Source of the DNA: Eledone cirrhosa
Taxonomy: Eukaryota
DNA: 64,000 bases
NCBI GenBank assembly: GCA_964016885.1
Contig: OZ024746.1
Coordinates: 43,028,001 to 43,092,000, forward strand
Reading direction: 5' to 3'
Shown here one piece after another: positions 50,990 to 64,000 of the stretch. The position numbers were made by a program, and so were the translations under genes. The notes under the pieces were generated by a model. The model was not told the DNA's origin and searched no databases. It was given only the letters and a program-made list of their open reading frames with translations. Positions within the stretch are counted from its first letter, which is position 1. Each line of letters begins with the position of its first letter.

Positions 50990-52720
50990 CCTTATACTTC
51001 TTTGCAAACCATGAAGAACTGTTTAATAATAATTCCTTGTCAGCAACATTAAGAATATCTATCTCTTTTCACACATCTCTAAAGTCCTCAATGATTTCAA
51101 TATTCACAACTGTCTTTGGCACTCAAACTCACAATGTCTTTTAACTATTGACCTCCACTTGCTGGTACTGAAGCTAAAGTTTAGATACAATGAACTCCTG
51201 AAAACAATTAGTATAATACCTTATAGATATTCCTGACCTATGCACAAATACTTCATATGACCTTGATCTCTTTCTCAAATTCAAACACAGCCTCTGTTAA
51301 ACCATCAACATCTTTTCACTTATTAGATGGTTTAACCAGTGATTAATCATAGCTTTCCACCTCACATTTGCATAATATGCAATGCCCTTTATCTTTCAGA
51401 TCCGATGACAGCTCGAGTTAACTAATTGTAATTCTGACAATTTTATGTTAACTACTTTTGATGGCAAATTTACTTTAGTCCCGACCAATATGAGATAGCT
51501 AAAGTAGGTGATTGAAACTATCCTCTTGCACAGATATATCCAACTTTTTCGTACAATCAAAGTTTATAATCCTGAAGCTTCAGCATGGCTTCACACATAG
51601 CTGCACACCAACAGATAAAAAATACTACCTACAATGTTCAGGAAAAAATACTCAGGCTTTTACCCACCAGAGCAATGTCAGGAGGATTTTCATCCTTAAA
51701 GCAGAAAACACTTTTATGCATTACATAGCATGGAAGCTCTCCTGCTGGTGTATCCCAAAGCTAGCCAAACTCTTTAATCTTTCTCTCTACAGGAATCTCT
51801 TCTGATCTTTGAAAACCATCTACAGTTTGTCTTATCTAAAAAAGGGCAACATTTCTAGAATATCTAAATACTATATTGCTCTCACTTCCAGCACTTCAAA
51901 AAGGATGGAAGCAGTTGCTAGCATTCCCTATAACTTTGAATGCCTCTCCTTCCCCAAGGGCCACCAGTATGCCTTCCATAGAACTGATTCTACTGGAGAT
52001 CTATTGAGTCTAACTCACCAGTGTTCACATGTCCCTGAGAGCATCATTCCACTTGATATCAATAAAGCATTTCATCAAGAATATCATGAAAGTCTCCTGG
52101 TTAAAATGCATGTCTGTACTTGTTTTATGAAACTATCTTCTAAATCAATCTTTCAATGCTTTAACATCATACAATTAAAATCTTCAAAGTTGCTACGATT
52201 GCTTGACTTTGCAATAACTGATGATCTTCATAGCAACAATTGTGTCTCTAAGATCGATCTTCTGTAGATCCAGATTTGAAGAACTACTCACTCTTTACAA
52301 AGTTCAAGTGAGACCCATAATGGGATACTATTCTAACATCTAGAAGTGCAACTAAGCTTATTACTAAGTAATTATTCACCATCATACTACAAATGCACTG
52401 CTTATTCTACTAATACTACAGTGGCTTCTGCTATTTAGATGTAGGTAGTTTCATATGATGTTTGCCAAAGCCCACCAGACAACACATCTTTCATCCTCTC
52501 ATCTACCATTATTTTTCTCTCTTTCCACATTTCACACTAATTATTATACCTAATTAATCCTTACATTTTCAACCATCTGGAGTTTTCCTTATCAACTACA
52601 TTTTCTTTACAAATTTTGACTTGCAGTTGTTTGAACAGAACAAACTACATCAAACTCACCAGCCTCAGAAGGCACGATGCTTTCTCATGACTTAAACCAT
52701 AAAAAAGTGAAGAGTCTGTA
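50990..52720 (+). mobile_element. Degenerate CR1/Zenon-like LINE (endonuclease and RT remnants)
   Basis: PKLAKLFNLSL, KKGNIS..SKYYIALTSSTSKRME, HQYAFHRTDSTGDLL, LDINKAFH..HESLLVKM; many stops and indels. Confidence 0.75.
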
Positions 52721-53049
52721 AAAAAATTACGTCTTTGTCTTTTGAAAATAAAAAGGAAACAAAAAATAAAAATAAAAATAAATCGCTTTTCTTAACATTC
52801 TCTAAATAAATGATTTATTTGATATTTTGATTTCTTGTAAATTTGATACTTTCCTGACATCAACACTGTTTAATATTAGATGTTATTAGGTAGACTAGTT
52901 TAATCCATGCTAATTCCTGTAGATATTTGGCAACAGAGACGTTGAACTGTTGGTGATAATGAAATAAATATTAGGATATTTTTGGCAACAATTTTTCCTC
53001 GTAGTTTCTAGTATTTTCTATCTCTTTAACTAGTTCCAATAAGATTGCC

Positions 53050-53500
53050 ATTAATCCTTCTCACCAACACTGTGATGGTAACCATCAATCTTATCTTCCT
53101 GACATTGATCTAAAGGTTATATGGAAGTGATATTGCAATAATGTCTGCACTATCCAACCATTGCTTCTTTTCTTAGCTCTTTCCTCCATTACTACAGTTG
53201 CTTCTGTTTCTCTCTCCTACTTTTCTGAACTAGCATACTACACATCACATATGCCCACATAATGGGCTTGCCTCTCCTCCTTTCATCACACTGATGGTGT
53301 CTAAATTAACAAATCCTGTGTTAAGCCTTTTTCCCAATCTCAGTCCTTTTGAGGAATTCTGTCCTTTGGAATTCTCACTCTCTACATAGATTTCTCCTCC
53401 AACTAGCAACATACAAACGTTCAACCTAAACATCAACCTCACCGATTGCACCAGTCTAGGAGAGCTTACAAGTATCACAAAAACTGCTCTGCCTTCTCAA
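53050..53500 (+). mobile_element. Degenerate Zenon-like LINE 3' end
   Basis: ctttggaattctcac (LWNS) followed by a .FK..IN-like segment; weak. Confidence 0.4.
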
Positions 53501-55721
53501 ACTAGATAATTAAAAAATTGTTGTAACTAAATTTATTTATTTATTTCAAGCTTCAATGGAAACTATAATTTACTGTGGGGCAATAGTTATGAGGAAAAGT
53601 AGAAGTGGTACAAAGAAAGTGAGCTTAGTTAATCACTTGAGAGGAAATATCTAAAAATAGTTTAACATAGAGAAAAAATTTAAACATAATATGATGAAAT
53701 TAGTATTTTTTTGTGTTTTTTTTTTCGGTCTCCAACATATGACATCCATGATTCCATTCTGTAGATGGACAATTTTTTTTATTTTTTGTTGTGTAGTCAG
53801 GAGTGGAGGGGGAGGAGCAGAGCCCAGAGAACCAAGTCAGCCACAGTCCTATTAGAATTTAGAATGCAAAGAGCCAGAGCAAAACCATAAGTAATTGTGT
53901 CAAATGCTCTCACAATTCCAATAATCCATTACATTATATAAAGTTTGAGTTGACATCAGGAAGGGCATCCAACCACAAGGAAATTGCCTTAAAATGTATC
54001 ATCTAACTCAGTATGATACATGTTAAAAGCAGATGTAAAAGCAATGGTGAAGATAATGATATGTTGGGTCAGTTAAACCAATAACTAAGAGAAATTACTT
54101 TGTAAATTTTCTTCAAGAAAAAGTAGTTAAGTGGATGCTAACATGCTTAATGAAATGAACCAAACAGTTTTAATTAATTAAGATTACATATTTAGTAAGC
54201 AGAAAAAGATATTAGGTTAATGATTAACACGGGTCAAGAAGACCAAGGGAAACAACTCTGAAATTTAAATTAATTTAAATTTGAATAAAAGGCATGGAGT
54301 GTGTAACTAATCTTTTTCAAGTACAGTGGTAATTCTAAACATGTTTCGATGTTATTACACATTATTAGCAATTGCCACACCCCTGAATAACTAAGAGACT
54401 TAAGGTTTCTCACTGAATAAACACTGGTGAATGTGACCTATTAAAATAATGGTTAGGGGAATTACACAGGTACACCTTCTGTATGAAAAACAAATAGTTA
54501 AGAAAATAATATATTCAATCTAGTGCAGTTGTTGGGATTGTTGCTGTGAATGACGATCATCTCTTAATATCAATCTTATTCTTGTACCAGAAGCAATATG
54601 ATGCCACACCAAATTTGTGTATGCTGAAAATGAACGACTGAAATAATTTGGAGATTTTAAGACTAGTCCCTTGTGTGAGGAACAAGTGGTTTGATAGTAG
54701 TTTACATCTGGAAGATATCTAAAGGAATAGCATGAGGTTTTGGCATTCAAATAGAGATATGTACATAGAGACATGCCTAGAATAATTTAAGAATTATTTG
54801 AAAATAAATTTCTTCTTCATTATTAACTCAATATTCATTAATTTCAAGGCTTTTGACACATTCTGAAACATACATATGCATGCATGGTACTGTTATATTT
54901 TTTGTTGTTTGAAAGATTGCATAGAGCAAGAAATCTGGAGAGAGAGTAACGCATACAAGCATTCCAAATATATGTTAAACAAGGATGATGATGATCACAT
55001 ACATACACACAGACGCATACAAATACACGTATGCACACATACATACAAACACACAATAACAATACGTTCCTTACCTAACCCATTTAGTCTCCCTCTACTT
55101 AATTTGTTTAACCCATTCCTCTCTACCCCAGGCCAGCCCAGACATTGTGCTTCTCCTTTCCACTTCCCCACATCCCTGATTCACTTTTCTTGTCCAACAT
55201 ATGCCAACATGGAAAGCCATGCAGGCACCACAATATATAGGCAGACACATCACATTCTTCATAGTCACCATCATGATATGGTGCTTCCAGCATGTAGCCA
55301 CTCCACCATGTCTCATTTCCTAGCCTGGCCAAGGACACAATGAGTATCTTAGTTTTTGTAATGAGATAGCGCTGTTGCCACAAGAAAATGCACCTAGCCT
55401 ACTCTTTAGGCAAAGCTGCTATCTTAATAAAAAGTAGGTTGGTAGTGGCAGTGCCATGACAAAAAGCACCCAATCTACCTTGTAAGGATATAGACCTGGA
55501 GTCATGATAAAATCTTCTAAATATATGCTTTAAAGTGGTTTGTATTAGGAAGGGCCAACATGGAAAGCCATGCCGCCATAGTACCAAGCCAAAAATTGAG
55601 TGTACAAGCAAAATGTGGATATTTAATCAGCCGAGGTTCATTTCTTGATAACCCATCTAATCCTTGCATCTATGGAACATAGATACTAAACAATGATCAT
55701 GAAAAGCATGTATGTGTATAT

Positions 55722-55861
55722 ATCACCTTGATCACCTTGTTGAGCGTCCATTCGGCACCGCTGATCACAGCACGCCGTCCACTCCGCTCTGGATTGTGCT
55801 TTCCTCATCCATGTAGTCCCAATCATATTCCTAAGATCGTAACTCCACCTTCGTGGACACA
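55722..55861 (-). mobile_element. Short 3' end of another RTE family
   Basis: PRRWSYDLRNMIGTTWMRKAQSRAEW resembles the RTE C-terminus (RW.DD...G..W.R.AQ.R..W). Tail (caaggtgat)2, CpG-rich, in (TA)n. Confidence 0.65.
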
Positions 55862-56161
55862 CGTGTGTATATATATATATAATTGTTTCTATATATATAA
55901 TGTTAATCAACTGTAAATGGTGATGATTTTTGCTGGCATGAAATGGTACCATTCGGACCTTATAAAAACTTAGTGGCTATGTAAGTAGAATACTTATTCT
56001 ATCTCTCTGTTTTTTAGCCTGATTATATTATTCTTGGTAAAATATTTTATATGTGGTTTCCTATGAAATTGGAAGTGTCCAAGAGCTCTGAGGTCTTGGA
56101 TTTTTCACAACATGCAGAGATATTGTGTAGCTATTCCCCCCAAAACACAATAATAATATAT

Positions 56162-56433
56162 ATCATAGGCCTCCTTCGGTCATTAATGACCATCGTTTTG
56201 CAATGAGGAAGTTCCCCTCTGAGGCACATGCTAGTCTCCTCTCTCGATACCACTGATGTTGTCGAAGGGAAACACAGCTTGGCACCAGTGACATCGAAAC
56301 TCATTTCTCTAGCTGAGTGATCTGGAGCAACATGAAATAAACTGTTTGGCTCAAGAACACAATGCACCACCCTGGCCATGATTCAAACTCACAACCTTAC
56401 AATTGTGAGCTCAACACTTTAACCACTAAGCTA
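56162..56433 (-). mobile_element. CORE-type tRNA SINE, related head but different body and tail (fragment also at 11690-11738)
   Basis: Minus strand gcttagtggttaaagtgttgagctcacaattgtaaggttgtgagtttgaatc...ttcttgagccaaacagtttatttcatgttgctccag; tail atggtcattaatgaccgaaggaggcctatga. Confidence 0.75.
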
Positions 56434-57660
56434 AGTTTTGGGTATAAATTGTATATTGTTTGTATTTTCTGCATAAGTTATTGTACTTAAAATTTATTTT
56501 GTTGCTACCAAAACACAAGCTACTTGATAGTGTCAGAACAGGTGATCTATAATAATACAGAAATGTTTTTCCCTATCCTAATGGTTTAAACAAAAATAGC
56601 AGTGGAGATACATAAGAATCTCATGTTATTTAGATCAGATTGAAAAAGTGCTGTTGATAGAGCTTAATGGAAACATTTCATTTATGATGAAATCTCAATA
56701 GAAATACTGCTGCAATCCTATATTCAGAAAAGTGCATAGAAATGCAGCTTATAAATGTACTAAAGAGTATAGGCATAAGTTGACAGTTGACAAATACTAA
56801 TGTTTTCTATAAATATTGTTATCCATTTTAGAACATAGGTTCATAAACTAAAATTATAGTTAATTTTAGATCTACTTAAGTATATAACCAAATCAAAAGT
56901 GACAGAAATATTATTTGAGAAAACAAGCATGGTGTTATGAAAGCTTCTGTATGAATATATATTTTTAGTTTTGGCACATAGCCACACATTCTATAGGGAG
57001 GGAACATTTGATTATATGTACCCCAGTGTCTGACTAGTATTTATTTTATTGATCCAGAGCATATTATGTAGTTGCGATGTATTATATTATACATATGTAG
57101 GTTGAAGATTCTTCCTGTAATTACTTAGCTGAAAATATAAATCTGTGACAGAGTGGCCACCACATAAAAGGATTATGTGGATAATTGATAAGCTGACAAT
57201 TAGAAACCTGTTTAACTATTATTCATTTACCTGTTTGAGACCATGTATGGAGGCCATGTTGAGGCACCACCATTAAGAAGAATGAGTTAGAAATATTAGT
57301 CAGTTATAAAAAACTACAAGAGTAAAAGAAATTTAGATAAAGCATTATATTCATTCTTAATAAGTCTGAAATACCACAGAGTTAAAATAGAACCAACATA
57401 TGGAATATGCCATAATAATTTCTTTTTCTTATGAAAGACCCAAACATGGCATGAAACCTCTTAGAGCAAGAAACTATGAAGAAGGAGAAATTAGGACGAA
57501 AGAAATTAATTTAAATTAACATAAAAGCGTTCAAGAAAACAGGAAAACACTGAAAGGGTAGAGAGTTTGAAAATGTTGTAGCTTGAAGAAAAAAGCTACG
57601 GGCAACAGTATATATTTATTGCTTGGTGAGCTGAGCCAATATGATGTTGGTTATATTGTA

Positions 57661-58088
57661 ATAATTGTTTCTACTTTTAGCACAAGGCTAGCAAATTACC
57701 CAGTACATTACTGGTACTTATGTTTTATCGACCCCCATAAGGATGAAAGGCAAAGTTAACATGGGCAGGATTTGAACTCAGACCATAAAGGGACGTAACT
57801 CTGCTTTATCTAAATATGGTTATATTGTAATAATTGTTCCGTAACTCTAGGCGTCAAAGCATGGCGTCCGACCCTCTACTACCGATACTGCCAATCCACC
57901 TAATAATTGTTTCTACTTTAGGCACAAGGCCAGTAATTACCCAGTGTATTACTGGTACTTTATTTTATCGACCCCGTAAGGATGAAATGCAAAGTTAACC
58001 TCGGCGGGATTTGAACTCAGATCGTAAAGGGACGTAACTATGCTAGAAAGCATGGCGTCCGACACTCTACCGATACTGCCAATCCACC
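57661..58088 (-). mobile_element. Cluster of SINE-A copies (truncated 57661-57803, head fragment 57840-57900, full 57901-58088)
   Basis: Direct sequence comparison with 2211-2399. Confidence 0.9.
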
Positions 58089-58984
58089 TAATAATGGTGA
58101 TGAGATAAATGAGTTATCACCTGGTATCAACCTTCCAACATATTGGCGAAATGTGAATTTTAAAAATGATATTACAATATTTATGATGAAGTGGTGGGTA
58201 GAGGGTAGATAAGTAAATATGTAGTTTTAGATAAAATAACTTATTAAAATAGTCTAATCTACATCATGGCAGAATCTAAATGGAAATGAGATAAGAAAGG
58301 TATGCAATTTATTGATGGAAAAAACATGTACACACACACACTCTTTCTCATACACATACACACACTCTCTTCCTCACACATATACACACTCTCTCTTTCT
58401 CACACATATACACACAAGCAATTGATTACTTAGATTTAACATATTTATACAAGTAAATATCATGAAAATTGTTGCAGACATAATACTAGACATTTCACCA
58501 TCTCTAGGTCAGTGCTTTACATTTCTGAGTCCAAAATGCTGTTGATTTTCATCCATCAAACATTACACTGATGAAATAGGAAGATAATAACTAAAATTCA
58601 GTTTTAGTTTCATATGAAATTTATTAGAAATTGTTTACAATATAGATTTAATATTTCTTGTAGTTTTTTTTCTTAGATAGAGAGTCAATTTCTGGAGAGT
58701 TTATTTTTGTTTTAGTTCTGTTTTTAAACACTGTTGCTTCATTCTTAATCTTTGGTAATTGAATTATTATTTTATTCAGTACTGAAAGATTAAACTTACA
58801 TACACAGATAATATATCATCATCAACACCATTATCATCATCAATATTTTTTACACCTATCCTCCATACTGGCATAGGTTATACAAACCAAGTCAGTACTT
58901 AATCAGAGCTACTGACATACCAAATGGGTGAGGAGACTATGTATTACTTACATAGGTTCCAGTTTTGGTATGGTAAGAATGTAT

Positions 58985-59195
58985 CAACTGGACAGATTTT
59001 ATGGGTAAAACCAACTGGCAGGAGACCTAGGGGTAGACTCCTTGCAAGATGGCTGGCTAACATCCATGCCCTGGGTTGGTTTCACTTGATTATCGAGTTG
59101 GATCATTTGGAGATGTTGCTTCTGAAAGGACCTGTAGGAAGGCAAGCTTCATGATTTCACCCCCACGGCCCACAGAAGAAGAAGATGATGATGAT
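58985..59195 (+). mobile_element. RTE-c 3' end, (GAA)n tail
   Basis: TGQILWVKPTGRRPRGRLLARWLANIH followed by agaagaagaagatgatg. Confidence 0.75.
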
Positions 59196-59214
59196 ACAAA
59201 ATAATATTGGAGAA

Positions 59215-60125
59215 AAGTGTGTATGGAATGATAGCAGTGCCATTGGTTCCATTGTTACTGAGAATTTTCACAAGATGCTGAATGAGAAGAATACATGAGT
59301 GATTTTAACCCAACTAGACGCAACAAAGGGGTAAAATATTGACGGTAACAGTTACAGGGTCAAAAGAGCAATTAAAGATTGCTATGAAAGGAAAGCAACT
59401 GTGTCATCAGGGATACTTGCTAAGATGCTGAAAAAATCTGGGAAAATAGAACATGCACTCATCACTCATAGGTATGGCAGCAAAGTGTCATACTTAATGA
59501 TAAAGTATTTCTTCCCTGTCAGTCAGCCAGTTTCTGAGCCTACTGTATCTCTTGTTCTTTTATTCCAGTGCTTTGAAAGCACCAAATGATAATTTCTGTT
59601 ACCAAGTTGACATAATTAGAATTCTGGAAGTCTAGTAGCCAGAGTAAGAGCATGGTTGAAAAAGTTTAGGCAATAATGGGATTCACTCTTTGGGTGAAAA
59701 GCAGAGTGTTTGATGCTTGTATATGACATGTTTGCATGCAATACATGGGCATGGAATGCAAAAGCTATTTGAAAGTTTAAAAGAAATAAAGTAAGTATAA
59801 TAATATAATATGCTGGATATATAATATTAGTGTGTGTGAATGACAGAACACAAATGAACTGAGAATAAAAAACAAGAAAAGAGCTATGGACATCCAGTGT
59901 GAAGCGAGGATGCCAGCTTGAGTAAACAGACTCAAGCAAGACAAATAGAAGGAATTTCTGGAAGATGAAGCCTGGGGAAGACATTGCAAGAAAGTGATGA
60001 AAGCTTATTTGAAGTGGGTAATATAACAAAGAACTGCGAAAAATAGTGAGACACTTTGCTACAGAAAATGTCCAACATATGCAAGCATGGAAAAGTGATT
60101 ATAAAAATGATGGTGATGATGATCA
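59215..60125 (+). mobile_element. Highly degenerate, internally deleted RTE LINE
   Basis: SSGILAKMLKKSG matches PSGIVAKMLKASG of the 9809 ORF. The 3' part ends tccaacatatgcaagcatggaaaagtg...aaaatgatggtgatg. Confidence 0.75.
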
Positions 60126-60381
60126 TTATGTGTGTGTGTATTAATAGTTTGAGTTACCTCTGCATTACCATTGGTTTCACATATGTAAACAATAAACAAA
60201 CATTTCAAAATCCTCTTCTACTGCATCTGAGGATCTAGATATATTTGTTTATATCTATAAAAGCAATAGTAATGCACATATAAGTCAATCTTGTAAAATG
60301 TATGTTTAACCTCTACATTCTCTGCTGTTTTAATTCATTTGTATGCACACACAGCACACACACACACACACACACGCACAC

Positions 60382-60423
<42 letters not shown>

Positions 60424-60425
60424 TC

Positions 60426-60461
<36 letters not shown>

Positions 60462-61554
60462 CTCACAGGCATCAACATAAGCCCAATATTTAAGTATCTT
60501 ACATATAACATTTGCTACAAGAAACCAAACATTAGATTTAAACAATTTAAACAATGTAAAGACACAAAAGCTAATGAGATATTTAAGAATCTAGATGGAA
60601 ATTTAACAAAAGAATTTTACTTATAACTTTTTTTATATAATGTAGGCTTGATTTCTTTGCCTAGGTAACAATGAAAAATCTAATGTAGCTGGATATTATT
60701 TCTTTCAGAGAAATTTAAATGGCAGAATCAAATTTAGCATTTTAGTAGTGCATAAGATTTTAAAATACTAGAAATTGAAAATGCTAAAATAATTTTTTTA
60801 AAACAATAACAATAGAAATTGAAAATTGGAATATCCAGTCTTTGCTATTTGAATATTCTTTTGAACATTTTTACAATTCCATTATGATGAGATAACTTAT
60901 ATTGATATGCATTTAAAAAGGAATAATATAAAAAAAAGCTGAATGAATTCTATTATTTTTTGGAAATATTTTTATAATCTGTAATGTAAGGGAAAAGTTT
61001 AACAAGAAATATGATGTACAATTTCTGTAAGGTTAAGTTACTGGCTTAATGAACACATATACACGAGTTCATACTTAGAACACACTTTGGAGAAATACAT
61101 AACTCTGCTGGCATCAGGTAGTGTTAAAGGCATATCTTTTTTTACTTCTAATTTTAGATTAAGTTATGTATGTATAAGAACGATTATTTCAACAACTGTT
61201 CTGCTCTGCAAACCTATTCCACATACACTAACTAGGAAAAATCATATTATATATGAGGGTAGTGTATACATTTCCACTAAAGTGATTTATATTTTAAGGA
61301 ATATTATTTTAGAAATGTGTTCATGAATAGGTAAATGAATATTACAGTATTTTCAAGATAATGACTGACAATAAACTATAAGGAAAAGAAAATTGTAGGA
61401 TTTTCATGTTCAGAATTCACTTTAACAAAAAGTGAAATCAGAATTGAAAATTAATAAGCACTGATTCAATGAAAGAAATATTAAATCCTTATATACAGAT
61501 ACACGTCCTTAGTTTCAAACATGTCCTGGTTCATCCATTTTGCCAGATTAGATA

Positions 61555-61722
61555 ATAATTGTTTCTACAATTATCCCAGTGCATTACTGGTACTTTATTT
61601 TATTGACCCCATAAAGATGAAAGGCAAAGTTAACCTCGGCGGGATTTGAACTCAGAATGGCAAAGGCTGTAACTCTATATGTCAAGCATGGCGTCCGACC
61701 CTCTATTGATACTGCCAATCCA
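61555..61722 (-). mobile_element. SINE-A (subtype 2) with a small deletion near the tail
   Basis: Colinear, but lacks the ttaggcacaaggccag segment. Confidence 0.88.
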
Positions 61723-62419
61723 AGCATAGATATTAATACACTACAGACATATGAAGCTGAAAATGCTCTCAATCCATATCCTTCAATTATAATAATATGA
61801 AGGCAAAATGTTGAGAAACAAATCTAATGCCACACACTAAACTTCTAATGTAAATTAGCTTGTCTGGTGAGGCAGAGGAAATTCAAGTGTCCCCACATAA
61901 TTATGTTTAGATTAAACTATCAGCTACAGCCAGTGGTATACCTCAATTAAGTAATATATAAACACATATACATACAACATAGTGTATGTACAATAATATA
62001 ATAATCATTGCAGTATTTTAAAAAACTTTAGCGGCATAAATCTAAATATCACTTATTTAATACTATTTACCAGAATATTTTATGACACTGTAATAAAAAT
62101 GTTGAAAGGATGTTATTTATATAAAACAAATAAAAAGGAAAAATGTGCACTTGAAAATATATGAAACTTGTCAATAATTCATTTTATTGAAAGTGGTGGA
62201 GAGACAGAAACATTAGTAACATGTTATGCAATAATTAGTTATTTTATTTTCAAGTCCTGTTGGGTTAAATCATTGGTTTTCTTCACTCCAGGTTCAATGA
62301 AATAAAGTTCAACTATATCCTAAGGTTGACCAATCAAATATATTCCTTAATTACAATATGTTGTCTTGTGACAATGTGAAAAGTACATATTTTTAATTTA
62401 TAATAATAATGGAAAAAAA

Positions 62420-62812
62420 TAATAATGAAATTATTGTGTACAGTGCTCAGGTGCACTACAACTCATCAAAGGTGCATGTATAGTACATAGAATAATGTTC
62501 AAATGTCAGGAAAATGAACAGCATATGAGTCATGAAATACATGTGTGCGTGTGTATGGAGGGGGAGAGGACATCAGGTGCAGTGTTGGTGAATCTCAGGA
62601 AGCATGGAGGTTTTAAAGGATGCAATGTTCCAACAGCTAACAACTGATGCAGATAGTTTGTTCCATGCTTCAGCAACTGTGAGCATGAAAAAAATGTTTC
62701 CGAAAGTCATGGAGCTTTGCTGTTTTCTGACTTTGTAGGCATGCCCACGTGTGTTAGACACATGGAAATCTAAAAGGTGCTCATGGTTGTTGTTGGCAAG
62801 ATGGTTAATATT
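62420..62812 (-). mobile_element. CR1-group LINE 3' end
   Basis: SNTRGHAYKVRKQ...FF...VAEAWNKLSASVVSC...SFK is the CR1 C-terminal signature. The 3' UTR ends cacctgagcactgtacacaataattt(cat/att). Confidence 0.82.
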
Positions 62813-62924
62813 TTTCATTTACAAGGAATCTTATTATGAAAGTAATATTAAAACATAAACTTAAGATACCATCTGCATGCAAAACGATAATTTTGAATAA
62901 AACTTTAGCATGCATTAATAACCT

Positions 62925-63109
62925 GGTGGATTGGCAGTATCGGTAGAGGGTCGGATGCCATGCTTTCCAGCATAGTTACCTCCCTTTACGATCTGAGTTC
63001 AAATCCCGCCGAGGTTGACTTTGCCTTTCATCCTTACGTGGTCGATAAAATAAAGTACCAGTAACGCACTGGGTAATTGCTGGCCTTGTGCCTAAAGTAG
63101 AAACAATTA
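62925..63109 (+). mobile_element. SINE-A, full length with TSD
   Basis: Direct repeat attaataacctg at 62914-62925 and 63106-63117. Confidence 0.92.
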
Positions 63110-64000
63110 ATAACCTGATTAGAAATAATTTTATATTGTGGAAAAGTCATTAGATTAATATTATTTTAATCACTTTGGCTATAACAGAAAACAACTCTAG
63201 ATATTTTGAAATAATTTTTAGATGTCAATGAAGCAATAACTTCATCATTTTTGCTTGCCAAAGTACTGAAGAGGGGGATCACTAAATAGACGTACAATAT
63301 TGAGAAATTAAATGGCAAATGTTATCTGGTAAAACAAACATCATTTGGTGCCATATAGTCTATTTTTATTTGAAAATATTTTACTATAAAAAATGAAGAT
63401 TTTACTCACAGAAATTTGAACTACAATTAAAGACATAGAAACCCACTTAACCAAGAATGTAAGCAGATGGATGTGTAAATAACAAAAGTGAGTTTTAAGT
63501 TAGAATTACAAGGAAGCAAAAGAGAATATACAATAGTTTAAGTCTTGGAATAAAAGAAAAAATATATATTTAAGGCTGAAATTAGGAGAAGGTAAAGAAA
63601 AAGAAGTGACCCATGCAAGAAATACTTTCAAGAAAGAGAAATAAAGATAATGTTATTTTTTTATCTGAATATGTTCTGAATAAAATGTTTATAAATATAC
63701 CAAGATAGTTCTGTTTTAGAATACAGTCTATGATTTCAGCAATTAAACGAGATATGCTATTCCAATTATGGTAACAATGCTACAAACCTGTCAACATGGG
63801 TGTAATCCAGCACTCAATAGTTTTTGCCATTCTGTTTAGGTTTACTTGACTTAATATTAGATAAATAAATACAACTAAAATAATAGCCTTGAGTATTACT
63901 AATGCATATCATACAGTTCTGTATGTCCCATTCGGGCAATCAAATATAAACACATTATATAAGTAGAGCACATGAGAAGATTTTAAGGATTAGCATGGTT

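Noticed and set aside
54262-54283. 22-bp perfect palindrome aaatttaaattaatttaaattt
   Set aside because: A/T only; expected by chance at this base composition.
54520-54780. Coding-looking GC-richer patch (similar patches at 15130-15900 and 16100-16560)
   Set aside because: No recognisable motif or convincing splice pair; probably very old LINE debris that I cannot assign.

Overview
AT-rich eukaryotic (animal) genomic DNA. The repeat repertoire (CORE-type and Deu/Nin-like tRNA SINEs, RTE LINEs, dense TA/CA/GA microsatellites) points by recognition, not by search, to a coleoid cephalopod such as Octopus. No host protein-coding gene can be supported, so the window looks intronic or intergenic; there are only weak orphan exon candidates. 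Most ORFs in the track are microsatellite artefacts or retroelement pieces. Content: a 5'-truncated RTE LINE with a 569-aa RT ORF, a second RTE family, fragments of further RTE, BovB-like, CR1, Zenon-like and R4/Dong LINEs, at least three SINE families, a Helitron-like element, and Tc1/mariner and piggyBac-like MITEs. Best leads: (1) a modular RTE LINE/SINE system in which a SINE body equals the 3' UTR of one LINE family and most copies have swapped their tail for that of a second family at a CCCGT microhomology; (2) a PHD-type C4HC3 finger inserted inside the RT of both RTE families; (3) a minimal hammerhead ribozyme with an inverted partner copy (Penelope-like); (4) an isolated 74-nt near-perfect hairpin.
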